From: an uncultured Rhodobacteraceae bacterium
GTDB taxonomy: Bacteria > Pseudomonadota > Alphaproteobacteria > Rhodobacterales > Rhodobacteraceae
Length of the DNA: 64,000 nucleotides
Assembly (NCBI GenBank): GCA_903930735.1
Contig: CAIYZT010000441.1
Location: 2,975 to 66,974, forward strand
Direction: 5' to 3'
The translations under genes and the position numbers were made by a program. Of the stretch, positions 36,654 to 46,777 are shown piece after piece; position 1 is the stretch's first letter; the number at the start of each line of letters is the position of its first letter. The notes beneath the pieces were generated by a model. The model had not been told where the DNA came from and did not search any database. It worked only from the letters and a program-made list of their open reading frames with translations.

Positions 36654-37996
36654 TCTGGCACCTCGCCGATGGTCAGGCGGCGTGCCGTCTTTCCGGTCGC
36701 CATCTCCCATCGTCGCACGGCGACGTCGCAATAGGCCGGGTCCAACTCCATCGCGCAGCAGCGCCGCTCAGCGCGTTCGGCGGCGATGATTTGGGTGCCG
36801 GACCCGCAAAACGGCTCATAGATCAGATCGTCCGGATCCGAAAACGCGGTCAGAACCGCCTCGACGAGCGCGACCGGGAACACCGCCGGGTGTGATCCCG
36901 CTGCGCCCAGCCCGCCCTTGTGCCGCATGATCCGGAACACCGAGTCCGGGATACGATGGCTCTGGATCGCATTGCCGGCGCCGGTCTTGGCCTGGACGCT
37001 GCCGTCGGCCCCTCGCAGCCCGCCGCCGCCCAAGGTTTCGCCCGCGTGCTTGGAGGGCACCGTCTTGTGTGGTTTGCGAGGGCTCCGGTTGAAGTGGAAG
37101 ATGAACTCGTGCGACGGGGCCAGGCGGCCGTTCCAGCCGCCCGGCAGGCCAGGGCCCTGATCCCAGACATACCAGCCGAAGCGCCGCCAGCCAGCAGCGC
37201 GCATCCATTCGACCCATCCTTCCCAATAGACCTGCCATTCACTGTCGCGGTGCACGAGCCCAAGGTTGACCAGCAACTGGGCATCCGCCGTGACCGGTGC
37301 CGCGGCGAACACGCCCTGCATCAGCGCATCCCAATCGCCGACCTTTTCCTTTGCCGCACCGTAATCGCGCTCCTGGGCGTAGGGCGGCGAAGTGAACATC
37401 AGCGTGGCCTGTTCGCCCTGCATTAGGCTACCTACGGAGGTCGGATCGGTGGAATCACCGCAGCAAAGACGGTGATGGCCCAGCACCCAGATGTCGCCGG
37501 GGCGAGTGATCGGCTCGGCCGGGGTCTCCGGGATAGCATCAGCTGTGTCGTCGTCGATCATCGTCTGGTCTTCGTCGCCCTGGTGCAGAAGGGCATCCAG
37601 TTCATCTTCGGGGATCCCGACCAGCCCGAGGTCGAAATCCGCCGCCAGGATCGCCTGCAATTCCTGCAAGAGGAGGGCCTCGTCCCAGCCACCCAGCTCC
37701 GTCAGTTTGTTGTCGGCGATCCGGTAAGCCCGGCGCTGCGCTTCGGTCAGATGCCCGAGCACGATCACAGGGGCTTCTGACAGCCCCAGATGCGCCGCCG
37801 CCAGGATGCGGCCATGGCCAGCGATCAACTCGCCGTCGGCCGCGACCAGCACCGGCACTGTCCAGCCGAACTCCACCATGCTGGCGGCGATCTTGGCCAC
37901 CTGATCGGCGTCGTGGGTCTTGGCGTTGCGGGCGTAGGGCTTCAGTCGGGCGAGGGGCCAATGTTCGATCCGGCCCGGCAAGAGGGGCGCGTTCAT
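36650..37996 (-). CDS. ParB-like nuclease domain / DNA methyltransferase fusion (TSPPY motif IV)
   Basis: ParB-N box LIAGHGRILAA, motif IV FTSPPY and motif I EPFCGSGT (beta-class order). Internal ATG at 37996 forms an ATGA overlap. Confidence 0.9.
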   Translation of the reverse strand: MNAPLLPGRIEHWPLARLKPYARNAKTHDADQVAKIAASMVEFGWTVPVLVAADGELIAGHGRILAAAHLGLSEAPVIVLGHLTEAQRRAYRIADNKLTELGGWDEALLLQELQAILAADFDLGLVGIPEDELDALLHQGDEDQTMIDDDTADAIPETPAEPITRPGDIWVLGHHRLCCGDSTDPTSVGSLMQGEQATLMFTSPPYAQERDYGAAKEKVGDWDALMQGVFAAAPVTADAQLLVNLGLVHRDSEWQVYWEGWVEWMRAAGWRRFGWYVWDQGPGLPGGWNGRLAPSHEFIFHFNRSPRKPHKTVPSKHAGETLGGGGLRGADGSVQAKTGAGNAIQSHRIPDSVFRIMRHKGGLGAAGSHPAVFPVALVEAVLTAFSDPDDLIYEPFCGSGTQIIAAERAERRCCAMELDPAYCDVAVRRWEMATGKTARRLTIGEVPE

Positions 37997-39252
37997 GCCG
38001 CCAGCCTCTTCGCCTTCATTTCTGCAAACGTCTCGCCGGTGTTTGCCAACACGGCATTGGTCCCGGTGAAGGACTGCCAGCGCTCGATAGCCACATCGAC
38101 ATAGGCGGGGTTCAATTCGATGCCGAAGCAGACGCGGCCTGTGGTTTCCGCTGCGATCAGGGTGGTGCCGGATCCCATGAAGGGTTCGAATACCGCCTGG
38201 CCGGGACTGGAGTTGTTCAGGATCGGACGACGCATACATTCGACCGGCTTCTGCGTGCCATGGACGGTGGCGGCGTCCTGGTTTTTTCCGGAAATCTGCC
38301 AGAGCGTCGTCTGTTTGCGGTCACCGGCCCAATGACCTTTGCCAGTCTTCTTGACGGCATACCAGCACGGCTCATGCTGCCAGTGATAATCGCCCCGGCT
38401 GAGCACAAGCCTGTCCTTGGCCCAGATGATCTGCGATCTGACGGCAAAACCTGCAGCCACCAGGCTCTCAGCGACAGTGGTGGCATGCAGAGCACCGTGC
38501 CAGACATAGGCCACGTCACCGGGGAACAGGGCCCACGCGTCGCGCCAATCTGCACAGTCGTCGTTCAGCACCTTGCCAGTGCGCTTGGTCTTCGCGGCCC
38601 CCGCCTGGTTGCGCCAGGACGGATCGTACTCGACGCCATAGGGCGGGTCGGTCACCATGAGCAGGGGGCGAACATCGCCCAGCAATCGCCCGACCACATC
38701 AGCAGTCGTACTGTCGCCGCAGATCAGCCTGTGCGATCCGAGGTGCCAAAGGTCACCCGCCACCGACACCGGCGTGACCGGTGGTTCGGGCACATCGTCC
38801 TCGCCTTCGACTGCCCCGCCTTCCGCCTGATCAGGATCGCGCAACAAGTCATCCAAATCCTCGTCGGTGATCCCCAGCAGCGACAGGTCGAAGTCTTCGG
38901 CCAGGAGCCCTGCGATCTCGTCGCGCAGCATGGCCTCGTCCCATTCGCCCAGCTCTGTCAGCTTGTTGTCGGCGATCCGGTATGCCCGGCGCTCGGCCTC
39001 GTCCAGGTGGCCGAGCCGGATCACCGGCACATCCTTCAGACCCAGTATGGTGGCGGCTAGCACCCGACCGTGGCCGGCGATCAATTCGCCATCGTCTGCG
39101 ACCATGCAGGGAACGGTCCAGCCGAATTTCGCCATGCTGGCCGCGATCTTGGCGACCTGATCGGTGCCGTGGATCTTGGCGTTGCGGGCATAGGGCCGCA
39201 ACCGGTCGATCGGCCAAGTCTCGATCTGGCTCGGTGTGAACACCAGGTCCAT
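37993..39252 (-). CDS. ParB-like nuclease domain / N6-adenine DNA methyltransferase fusion (TDPPY motif IV)
   Basis: ParB-N LIAGHGRVLAA, motif IV VTDPPYG, motif I EPFMGSGTT. Start at MDLVFTPSQ. Confidence 0.9.
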   Translation of the reverse strand: MDLVFTPSQIETWPIDRLRPYARNAKIHGTDQVAKIAASMAKFGWTVPCMVADDGELIAGHGRVLAATILGLKDVPVIRLGHLDEAERRAYRIADNKLTELGEWDEAMLRDEIAGLLAEDFDLSLLGITDEDLDDLLRDPDQAEGGAVEGEDDVPEPPVTPVSVAGDLWHLGSHRLICGDSTTADVVGRLLGDVRPLLMVTDPPYGVEYDPSWRNQAGAAKTKRTGKVLNDDCADWRDAWALFPGDVAYVWHGALHATTVAESLVAAGFAVRSQIIWAKDRLVLSRGDYHWQHEPCWYAVKKTGKGHWAGDRKQTTLWQISGKNQDAATVHGTQKPVECMRRPILNNSSPGQAVFEPFMGSGTTLIAAETTGRVCFGIELNPAYVDVAIERWQSFTGTNAVLANTGETFAEMKAKRLAA

Positions 39253-39330
39253 GCGAAAGGTCTCGTCTGGAGAAGGCGGACATTCCGATGCGCGTGGCCG
39301 GGAAGGCTGCATCAGGATCGGGTCCGCGAT

Positions 39331-39372
39331 GGGGGAAAACGAAAGCGCCCGCGAGGGGATACCTGCGGGCGC
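39331..39372 (-). terminator. rho-independent terminator (minus strand)
   Basis: GCGCCCGC..GCGGGCGC stem (39345-39372), followed on the minus strand by TTTCGTTTT. Confidence 0.5.
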
Positions 39373-39672
39373 AATTCTTCGATGATCAAGGGGTAGGTCA
39401 AGAGGGGCAGCTTTGTCAATCAGAAAACTGGCGTGGATTCAATCTGTTATCGCGGCGCGGGTTCGGGCATCCGGGCCAGGCCATTGGCATGGTCAACTGG
39501 GCGCGCAGCCCAGGTCTCCCTTCTGCCATGTCCTCTACATTCGCGACCGATGCTCAATTGCCGACTGGACAAGGTCTCGACTCCCCGCTCGACCACCGTT
39601 TTCCGACGGCCGAACGGCAGGGCAGGCGCGCCTGGCACTCTATCTCAAGAAAGTTCCATGGGATTTCTTCGT

Positions 39673-41241
39673 TCAGTCCGAAAATCCGGCAGCAAGGAGG
39701 GCCGAACGCATCTTGTTGCGAAAATCTGCTTCCGAGAATGGCATTGACTTTAGATACAGGGTGATCGACGGATCCGGTCGAACTTCGCGCACGACACGCG
39801 CCCAGCGGGCGGCTGCTTCTGTACGACCGTCAAGCTGGCACAATGCTACTGCCGCTATCACGATGGCGAAATGGCTGGTCGCAGTGCGCGCCGCCAGCAC
39901 CGCCCAGTCGGCAGCGGTCGCATAGTCGCCATCAATCGCGAAGGATATCGCCTTCATGATACGCATCGGAGCAAGCAGCGGATCGAGCGGGCTTAGGCCG
40001 ATCGCCATGTCGACCCCCGCGCGAGTCGCGACCGTCTGACAGCGGATCACTTGCAGGAAGGCCCGCGAGTAGTGGCCCTTGGCATAGTTTGGACTCAACT
40101 CCACCGACCTGTCCAGCCAGACCAGCCCGTCATCTGGGCTGCCCGTCAGGATGTGCAACCGCCCCATCGCGGCATTCGCGTAGGGATCGAGCGGGTCAAG
40201 CTCGATGCTGCGTTCGGCCGCGAACCTTACGGCGGCCAGAGCTGCTTGGCGGTCCGGCACGTAACCCATCATCGCGTCCTGAAAACTGGTGAACGCCCGG
40301 GCAGCAAAAGCAGTGGAAAATCCGGGGTCAAGATCGGTTGCGCGGCGGAAGAGACTGCCCGCAATCGCATTGTCATGAGCGTTGAAGCGATACACATGAC
40401 TTAGCCCGAGGTGATAAGCCTCCCAGGCATCCAGGTGCTCTACGGGCTTGCCGCGCGCCAGTGCAGCTTCGGTCTGCGGGATCTGGAGATCCAGTGCCGC
40501 GATGACCGCGCCCACAATCTCGTGCCGGACGGCGTGCACGTCGGCAACGGGCCGCTCGAAACGGTCTGACCAGATCAGTCCCCCACTCCGGGTGTCGACG
40601 AGATCAACGCTCACTTCCAACTGCTTGCCGAAAAGCTCGACGCGACCAGAAAGGCAGTAGCTCGCCCCCAGAACGCTGTGCAGCCCGGCAAGGTCCACAT
40701 CAGCATTTCGGAAGCGGAACGTGGATTCGCGTGCGATCACCCGCAACCAGCGCAGGCGAGCCAGCGAAGAAATGATGTCAGCCGGGATCGCATCGCCCAG
40801 GCTCGCAAAGTCATCCGGCAAACCGATCCGGCCGAATGGCAGAACCGCGATGGTAGGCCGTTCGCCCCGTCCGTCCACAGCGACAGATCGTTCTGCCTGT
40901 GGTGCGGGACCGACAACACTGATCTCGGTTGGCCTGATCCTGACCGGCGCGACAAAACGATGGCCAAGGCCGCGAACGGTGCGGATGAAACCTTGCCTGT
41001 CCCCGTCGTCCCCAAGCGCTTTGCGGACGGCTTTCAACGCAGTCGAGACTGCGGCGTCCGAAATGAAGCGCCCGGCCCAGACCACCGCGATCATTTCTTC
41101 CTTGCTGATGACCCGTTCGTTGTTCTCAACCAAAAGGCACAGTAGCCTGAAGACCTTGGGTTCAAGTTTGACGGGTCCCGACACCGTCCGAAGCTCGGCG
41201 CGATCCGTGTCGAGCTCAAATGGGTCAAATTGAAGTTTCAT
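39673..41241 (-). CDS. OmpR/CadC-type winged-helix regulator with TolB-N-like and TPR domains
   Basis: wHTH block KVFRLLCLLVENNERVISKEEMIAVVWAGRFISDAAVSTALKAVRKAL...IRTVRGLGHRF, then TIAVLPFGRIG...IISSLARLRWLRVIARES, then helical repeats. Confidence 0.85.
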   Translation of the reverse strand: MKLQFDPFELDTDRAELRTVSGPVKLEPKVFRLLCLLVENNERVISKEEMIAVVWAGRFISDAAVSTALKAVRKALGDDGDRQGFIRTVRGLGHRFVAPVRIRPTEISVVGPAPQAERSVAVDGRGERPTIAVLPFGRIGLPDDFASLGDAIPADIISSLARLRWLRVIARESTFRFRNADVDLAGLHSVLGASYCLSGRVELFGKQLEVSVDLVDTRSGGLIWSDRFERPVADVHAVRHEIVGAVIAALDLQIPQTEAALARGKPVEHLDAWEAYHLGLSHVYRFNAHDNAIAGSLFRRATDLDPGFSTAFAARAFTSFQDAMMGYVPDRQAALAAVRFAAERSIELDPLDPYANAAMGRLHILTGSPDDGLVWLDRSVELSPNYAKGHYSRAFLQVIRCQTVATRAGVDMAIGLSPLDPLLAPMRIMKAISFAIDGDYATAADWAVLAARTATSHFAIVIAAVALCQLDGRTEAAARWARVVREVRPDPSITLYLKSMPFSEADFRNKMRSALLAAGFSD

Positions 41242-41378
41242 GTCCGAACCTAGCAAATCCGCACCAGCCGCTCAACAACTCCTCAGCCAGTCCTCAAGCA
41301 GCGATGCCACCGCGGCTGTAAGGTTGTGCAATCCATAGTGCCTTGTCTGGGCGCTGAACGCAAAACGGGAGGCCTGCG

Positions 41379-41654
41379 ATGATCCATGCATCCGATGACA
41401 ACCACACCCCGGCAACGCCAATAGACGTGGTCGCCAAATTCAGGCCCTTCATGACCTGGATCGGGGCGGTCCTCGGTGCAACCCGCGCTTCGGTGCACAA
41501 GGTTGAAGCGGCGCACGCCGCGCGTTGCAACCTCGCCTCCTTCTCAGCCAAGGAAATTCAGGACACCGACATTGACCCATCCGATGCCACAGGGATCGCG
41601 TCATGGCAGCCCGACTTGCCGTTCTTCATGCAGAGTGGATTCGGCCGGAGATGA
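41379..41654 (+). CDS. hypothetical, possibly DUF1127-like
   Basis: LASFSAKEIQDTDIDPSDA loosely resembles the DUF1127 L..LSDreL.DIGlsRsD motif. This is weak evidence. Confidence 0.25.
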   Translation: MIHASDDNHTPATPIDVVAKFRPFMTWIGAVLGATRASVHKVEAAHAARCNLASFSAKEIQDTDIDPSDATGIASWQPDLPFFMQSGFGRR

Positions 41655-41869
41655 GGGCGAAGCCAACCCTTTCGGCGCGGCCATCAAGCAGCTCCCGAAA
41701 GTTGGCCACAGTGGATTCCGCAAAAGAATCCAGCGCCGTCAGATCGTGATTTGTCAACTAATTGATAATAAATGATTTATCTGGACAGGTTGCGCGAAGT
41801 GGATTCCAGGTGGATTCCCCGGTGAAAGTGCCTGTCGCTAGCGAAATGCTGCGCTGCGCCCCCCCGCAT

Positions 41870-42066
41870 ACAAATGGGCCGGGGAGGAACCATGGAAGGG
41901 GGGAACGACATGTTCGGCCCTGAGCGACCACTCGGCCTTGGCCGCGCGCAGCCGATTTTTGCCGATATCGACATGATCGCCCTCTGCGCGATCCAGGCTG
42001 GGATTGATTGTCCAACACCAGCCGCGCCGTGCCTTCGCGCACTTCGGGAAAACTTGCTCGTTTCAT
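41870..42066 (-). pseudogene. possible IS3-family OrfA remnant
   Basis: Fragments across two frames (KRASFPEVREGTARLVLDNQSQ / SIPAWIAQRAIMSISAKIGCA) resemble the IS3 OrfA HTH region. Multiple frame breaks, AT-richer patch. Confidence 0.3.
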
Positions 42067-42069
42067 TGC

Positions 42070-42423
42070 TCAGGACGATGAACCTGTGCCGCGCCGGATG
42101 GATGGCACGAAGAGGTATTTCACAACGCGTTCGTGCATAAGCAACAGCGCCTTCGACGCGTCCATATCGGGGGTCGCGGCCGTTCGAGTGCAGAGATAGA
42201 ACTCGTCGTACGTGCTCAGAATGATGCGCGGGTCGCGGCCGCTGACTTGCTCCCCAAGGCTGGCAACGTAGAAACCGACGGGATTGGGACGGACGTCGAC
42301 GTCGGAGGCAACCTCGTTGACATGGTCAGAGCCGCAGAGTTTCGCGATGCGCGAATCCGCCAAAGCAGCGGTCGGCGTTGCAAAGAGAAGCGAGAGCGCT
42401 ATGATTGAATTGGTGCGTTTCAT
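42070..42423 (-). CDS. small secreted protein, function unknown
   Basis: Signal peptide MKRTNSIIALSLLFATPTAALA. 117 aa with two Cys. AT-richer codon usage than the flanks. Confidence 0.6.
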   Translation of the reverse strand: MKRTNSIIALSLLFATPTAALADSRIAKLCGSDHVNEVASDVDVRPNPVGFYVASLGEQVSGRDPRIILSTYDEFYLCTRTAATPDMDASKALLLMHERVVKYLFVPSIRRGTGSSS

Positions 42424-42515
42424 GTCATCCTCCTTTGCAGTCCGGTGCTCCTGCGGGGTTCGCTTGGAAGCGATGACCGAACTGGTTACCCTAGGAAGCG
42501 TCCCAAGAGGATGAA

Positions 42516-44054
42516 ATGTCCCGAAAGGTTCCCGAAATTGACCCGAAATCTGCTGAAACGGTAACGTTCCGCGGCTTTGTGTTCCTGACGAAAATCAGAC
42601 AGCTTCAAACGGTTGAAGGCAAAGCGATTGACCTTCGCAGCCAGTCCACTGAAGTGCTTTCCATGCTCGCGGCGCGACCGGGCGAGATCGTGTCAAAGGA
42701 TGCCCTTATGCAGGCGGTCTGGGCCGATACTTTCGTGACCGACGACAGTCTGACCCAATGCATCGCCGATATTCGCCGTGCGTTGGGCGACGCCGAGCAC
42801 GTGATCGTGGAGACCGTCCCCAAACGAGGCTACCGGCTGACTGCTGATGTATCGGACACGCTTGGCCCCAACACAAAAGGCGGCGTGGCGCGCGCCGAGG
42901 CACTCGATGCAGCGCCGCGCGGGCACCGCACACTGGCGGTCATGCCGTTCGAGAACCTCTCCGCAGACCCCGAGCAGGCGTTCTTCGCGGCCGGCCTCCG
43001 GCTCGACCTCGAAACGGCGCTTGGTCTGATCGACGGCATCGAGTTGCGCCCGCTGGACGATGCCGCCGAATTTCATCTCACCGGCGGCGTGCGTGCTGCG
43101 TCAGGCCAGATCCGCGTCACCGCCCGGCTGGTGGAGACGGTCGTCGGCCGGCAGCATTGGAGTGGCCGGTTCGAGGGCCGGGCTGACGGCATATTTGCGT
43201 TGCAGGACGAGATCACCCGCAAGGTCGCAGTGGCCATGCAGGTCGAGCTGACCACCGGGGACAACGCGCGGCTGTGGGACGGCCAGACGGCGAGCCTTGC
43301 GGCGTGGGAGCGGTATGTCGTCGCGCATGGGCATTTCATGCGCTGGACCGAAGCCGACAACCGTCGCGCCCGCGACCTGTTGCGCGAAGCGCTGGAGATC
43401 GACCCGGACTATCTCACCGCCAAAGTGATGCTGGCCAAGACCTGGTGGTATGACGCCCGGTTCTTTGTTTCCGGTGATGCCCGCCTGCATGCCATCGCCG
43501 AGGCCGAGCGGCTTGCCAAAGAGGTGCTGGAGCGGCGCCCCGACGCGGCCAATGCGCTAATGACCCTCGGCGGCACCGCGTGGCTGTGCGACCGCCATGA
43601 CGAAGCGGTCGCGCTTTGCCGCCGCGCCTGCGACTTGAGCCCGAGCGACGCCTGGGTGCTCGGCTTCTTCGGCACAATCTCGATCTTTTCCGGCGATCTC
43701 GGCGAGGCGCTTGCCGTTCTCGAGCGGGCGGCACGGCTGTCGCCGCAGGCCGTCACCTGGATCGACTTCCACACCGGCCACGCCAAGGCGTGGGCCGGTG
43801 ACGACGCCGGGGCGTTGGCCAGCCTGCATTCCTACATCGCGGCCACGCCACATGAACCCTGGGGCCAAGTGATGCTCGCCCTCGTTCACGGCCTCGCCAG
43901 TCGCCCCGACGATGCCCGCAGGGCGGTCGCGGAGGCGCTGCGCCTCCAGCCCGACCTCGACCAGAAACAGGTTCGGCGTTCGCACCGCTACCGCGACCCG
44001 GCACGGCAGGAACGAATGATGGCGGTATTGAACGAGGCCGGGCTTCCCGCCTGA
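42516..44054 (+). CDS. OmpR/CadC-type winged-helix regulator with TolB-N-like and TPR domains (second copy)
   Basis: STEVLSMLAARPGEIVSKDALMQAVWADTFVTDDSLTQCIADIRRAL...TVPKRGYRL, then TLAVMPFENLSADPEQAFFAAGL, then TPR-like helices. Confidence 0.85.
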   Translation: MSRKVPEIDPKSAETVTFRGFVFLTKIRQLQTVEGKAIDLRSQSTEVLSMLAARPGEIVSKDALMQAVWADTFVTDDSLTQCIADIRRALGDAEHVIVETVPKRGYRLTADVSDTLGPNTKGGVARAEALDAAPRGHRTLAVMPFENLSADPEQAFFAAGLRLDLETALGLIDGIELRPLDDAAEFHLTGGVRAASGQIRVTARLVETVVGRQHWSGRFEGRADGIFALQDEITRKVAVAMQVELTTGDNARLWDGQTASLAAWERYVVAHGHFMRWTEADNRRARDLLREALEIDPDYLTAKVMLAKTWWYDARFFVSGDARLHAIAEAERLAKEVLERRPDAANALMTLGGTAWLCDRHDEAVALCRRACDLSPSDAWVLGFFGTISIFSGDLGEALAVLERAARLSPQAVTWIDFHTGHAKAWAGDDAGALASLHSYIAATPHEPWGQVMLALVHGLASRPDDARRAVAEALRLQPDLDQKQVRRSHRYRDPARQERMMAVLNEAGLPA

Positions 44055-44326
44055 GCCGGCGCGCTGGTTTCCAGACATCGGCAGGTTAATCGGCCGCAGC
44101 GGGAGCGCTCCTGCTGCCTCGGGTCTGCGCTGAACGGCGGCCATGCGGCTTCTCGTTTCTGTGTTGAACGCGGCGACATGACTGCTTTCCGCCCTTGGAC
44201 GAAGCCGCTCCGCGGCAATGGCGCTCGCGGCTGGCGTTCGGCGCTGATCTGAACGTGGTGTATTTGGCGGTCGGCATTTCTGTCTGACGATCGGGGTCTT
44301 CCCCCTTCAACTGACAGGAGGTTCCC

Positions 44327-45214
44327 ATGACGGAGGAAAGAACCACCCCGCTGCGCCAGCGGATGATCGAGGACATGCGCATCCGAGGCATGGGCGAGAA
44401 GGCCCAGCAGGCCCATATCCGCGCCGTGAAGGGTTTTGCGTCCTTCCTCTGTCGATCGCCCGACACGGCCACCTCGGAAGAGTTGCGCGCCTACCAGCTG
44501 CACATGACCGATGCCGGGGTGACGCCGTCGACCTTCAACGCCCGCATCGTGGCGCTGCGGTTCTTCTTCGGCATGACCTGCGGGCGGGAGGAGATGAAGC
44601 GGTTCATGCAGTTCCGGACAGAACCGCGCCGGTTGCCCGTGGTGTTCAGCATCGAGGAAGTCTCCGACATCCTGATGGCGGCGCCCGGGCCGGGGCTGAA
44701 GTATCGAGCGGCCCTCAGCATCTCCTACGGCGCAGGGCTGCGCTCGGCCGAAGTCTGTAACCTCAGGATCGGCGACATCGACAGCGACCGGATGCTGATC
44801 CACGTCGAGCAAGGCAAGGGCAAGAAGGATCGCAAGGTCATGCTCTCACCGGGGCTGCTGGACCTCTTGCGCCAGTATTGGCGCGAGACCCGCCCTGACG
44901 GCTGGCTCTTCCCGGGCCTGCCGAGGGTCAGCCCGATCTCGCCACGCCAGTTGAGCCGGGCCTTCACCTCGGCCAAGAACATGGCGGGCATCAAAAAAGC
45001 CGCCACGCTGCACACGCTGCGCCACAGCTTCGCGACCCATCTGCTGGAGGCGAACACCGATGTCCGCGTGATCCAGGTTCTGCTGGGTCACGCCAAGCTG
45101 TCGACCACGGCGCAGTATACCCATGTCGCGACCAAGACGATCCGCGACACGGTCAGCCCCTACGAGATGCTGACGAAGCTGCAGCACCGCACCGTCCAGC
45201 GAAGTCTGGAGTGA
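44327..45214 (+). CDS. IS-associated tyrosine recombinase
   Basis: R..H-x-x-R..Y catalytic set: GLRSAEVCNL, LHTLRHSFATHLL, LLGHAKLSTTAQYTH. Confidence 0.9.
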   Translation: MTEERTTPLRQRMIEDMRIRGMGEKAQQAHIRAVKGFASFLCRSPDTATSEELRAYQLHMTDAGVTPSTFNARIVALRFFFGMTCGREEMKRFMQFRTEPRRLPVVFSIEEVSDILMAAPGPGLKYRAALSISYGAGLRSAEVCNLRIGDIDSDRMLIHVEQGKGKKDRKVMLSPGLLDLLRQYWRETRPDGWLFPGLPRVSPISPRQLSRAFTSAKNMAGIKKAATLHTLRHSFATHLLEANTDVRVIQVLLGHAKLSTTAQYTHVATKTIRDTVSPYEMLTKLQHRTVQRSLE

Positions 45215-45226
45215 CCCCGCACCGGG

Positions 45227-46420
45227 GTGTCCCGGCTCAAGCTGGAGCTGGCTGACATCTTCCGCGCCCATGGTCCTGCGTGGCGGCAGGCCCATGCGGG
45301 GCATGTCAGCCTGACCCAGCTCAAGGTGATGTCGGCCATCGAGGCCTGCCGAACCGAGGCGCTCGGCGGGCATGTCGCCGGCAGTGCCAAGTGCGGCCAC
45401 CACCACATCGCATACAACTCCTGCAAGAACCGGCACTGTCCGAAGTGCCAAGGACCCGCCGCGCGTGACTGGATGGCCGCGCGCGCCGCGGATCTGCTGC
45501 CGGTCGAGTATTTCCACCTCGTCTTCACTCTGCCGGCCGAGATCGCGCAGGTCGCATACTGGAACAAGAAGGCGGTCTACGACCTTCTGTTCCGTGCCTC
45601 AGCGGAGACAGTGATGACCATTGCAGCCGATCCCAAGCGCCTTGGCGCGCGGGTCGGCATGACGGCGGTGCTGCACACCTGGGGTTCGGCGCTGACACAC
45701 CATCCCCACATCCACATGATCGTGCCCGGTTGAGGCCTGTCGCCCGGGGGCACCCGCTGGATCGGCTGCCGACCGGGGTTTTTCCAGCATGTGCGGGTTC
45801 TGTCGCGGCTCTTTCGCCGCCTGTTCATCAAAGGCCTGCTCGCCCTGCACCACACCGGGCACCTCGTTTTTTTCGGCGACCATGCTGGACTGGCCGAGAC
45901 GGCCGCATTCAAAGCCTGGCTCACCCCGTTCCGCAAATCCGAATGGGTGGTCTATGCCAAACCGCCCTTCGGCGGCCCCGAGACGGTTCTGGCCTATCTC
46001 AGCCGCTATACGCATCGCGTTGCCATCTCGAACAGCCGCCTGATCAGCGCCGATGCCCAGACCGTCGCCTTCCGCTGGAAGGATTACCGCATCAAGACCG
46101 GCGACCGGCGATCGGTCATGCGGCTCGCCACCGACGAGTTCATCCGCCGGTTCCTGAACCACGTCCTGCCCGACGGCTTCCACCGCATCCGGCATTACGG
46201 CCTGCTCGCCAGCGCCGCCCGAAAAACAAACATCGCGAAGATCCGCGACGTGCTCGGGGCTGCGCAACCCGAGGCGGCACCTCAGGCCAGCGCCGAGGTC
46301 GTCGCGCTCACCCTGCGCGAACCGTGCCCCTGCTGCGGCGGCCCGATGCGGATCGTCGAGATCTTCAGGCGGGGCGCGATCCCACAGTCACGCGCACCAC
46401 CATTGGAGCAGGCCGCATGA
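45227..46420 (+). pseudogene. IS91-family transposase interrupted by an in-frame TGA at 45731-45733
   Basis: N-terminal zinc-finger CGHHHIAYNSCKNRHCPKC and HUH HPHIHMIVPG, then TGA, then the same frame continues with GLSPGGTRW...YLSRYTHRVAISNSRL...RHYGLL. The two track ORFs 45227..45733 and 45791..46420 are in the same frame. Confidence 0.85.
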
Positions 46421-46777
46421 CGAAATGCCCGTCACACAGCCCGACCTGCCACCGGTTCCCGTTCGGGCACCGGACGGGCCCAGGTCACTCCGGGCGCCTC
46501 TGCCAGTTGGAAACGGGGGCGTTCCTTCCCATGCACGCCAAGACTGCACCGACATCAAGCGACAAGAACTCTCCGCGCGCGTCAACATCACACCGTCGGT
46601 GCTCCCCCGATAGGACAGCGGCTGCCACCTTCAGCACTCTTTACCCATAGGCAGAGCCAGGCCCCCGCGGCTTCCTCCTTGGGAGGTTTGCCAACGCGGG
46701 CCGCCCGCGCGCCAAGCCCCACCCTCACGCCACGGCCCGCATCGGAAAACCTTCACCAAAGTGGCCCCTCGTCGGAC

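Larger units (their letters stand above)
44100..46700 (+). mobile_element. IS91-family element (tyrosine recombinase plus HUH-Y2 transposase); ends approximate
   Basis: The two-ORF organisation is typical of some IS91-family members. Termini are not defined by inverted repeats in this family, so the ends given here are guesses. Confidence 0.55.

Noticed and set aside
45731-45733. Reading the in-frame TGA in the IS91 transposase as selenocysteine or programmed read-through
   Set aside because: I saw no SECIS-like hairpin immediately downstream. Homologues, as I recall, have Gly here, consistent with a simple GGA to TGA nonsense mutation. Sequencing error cannot be excluded.
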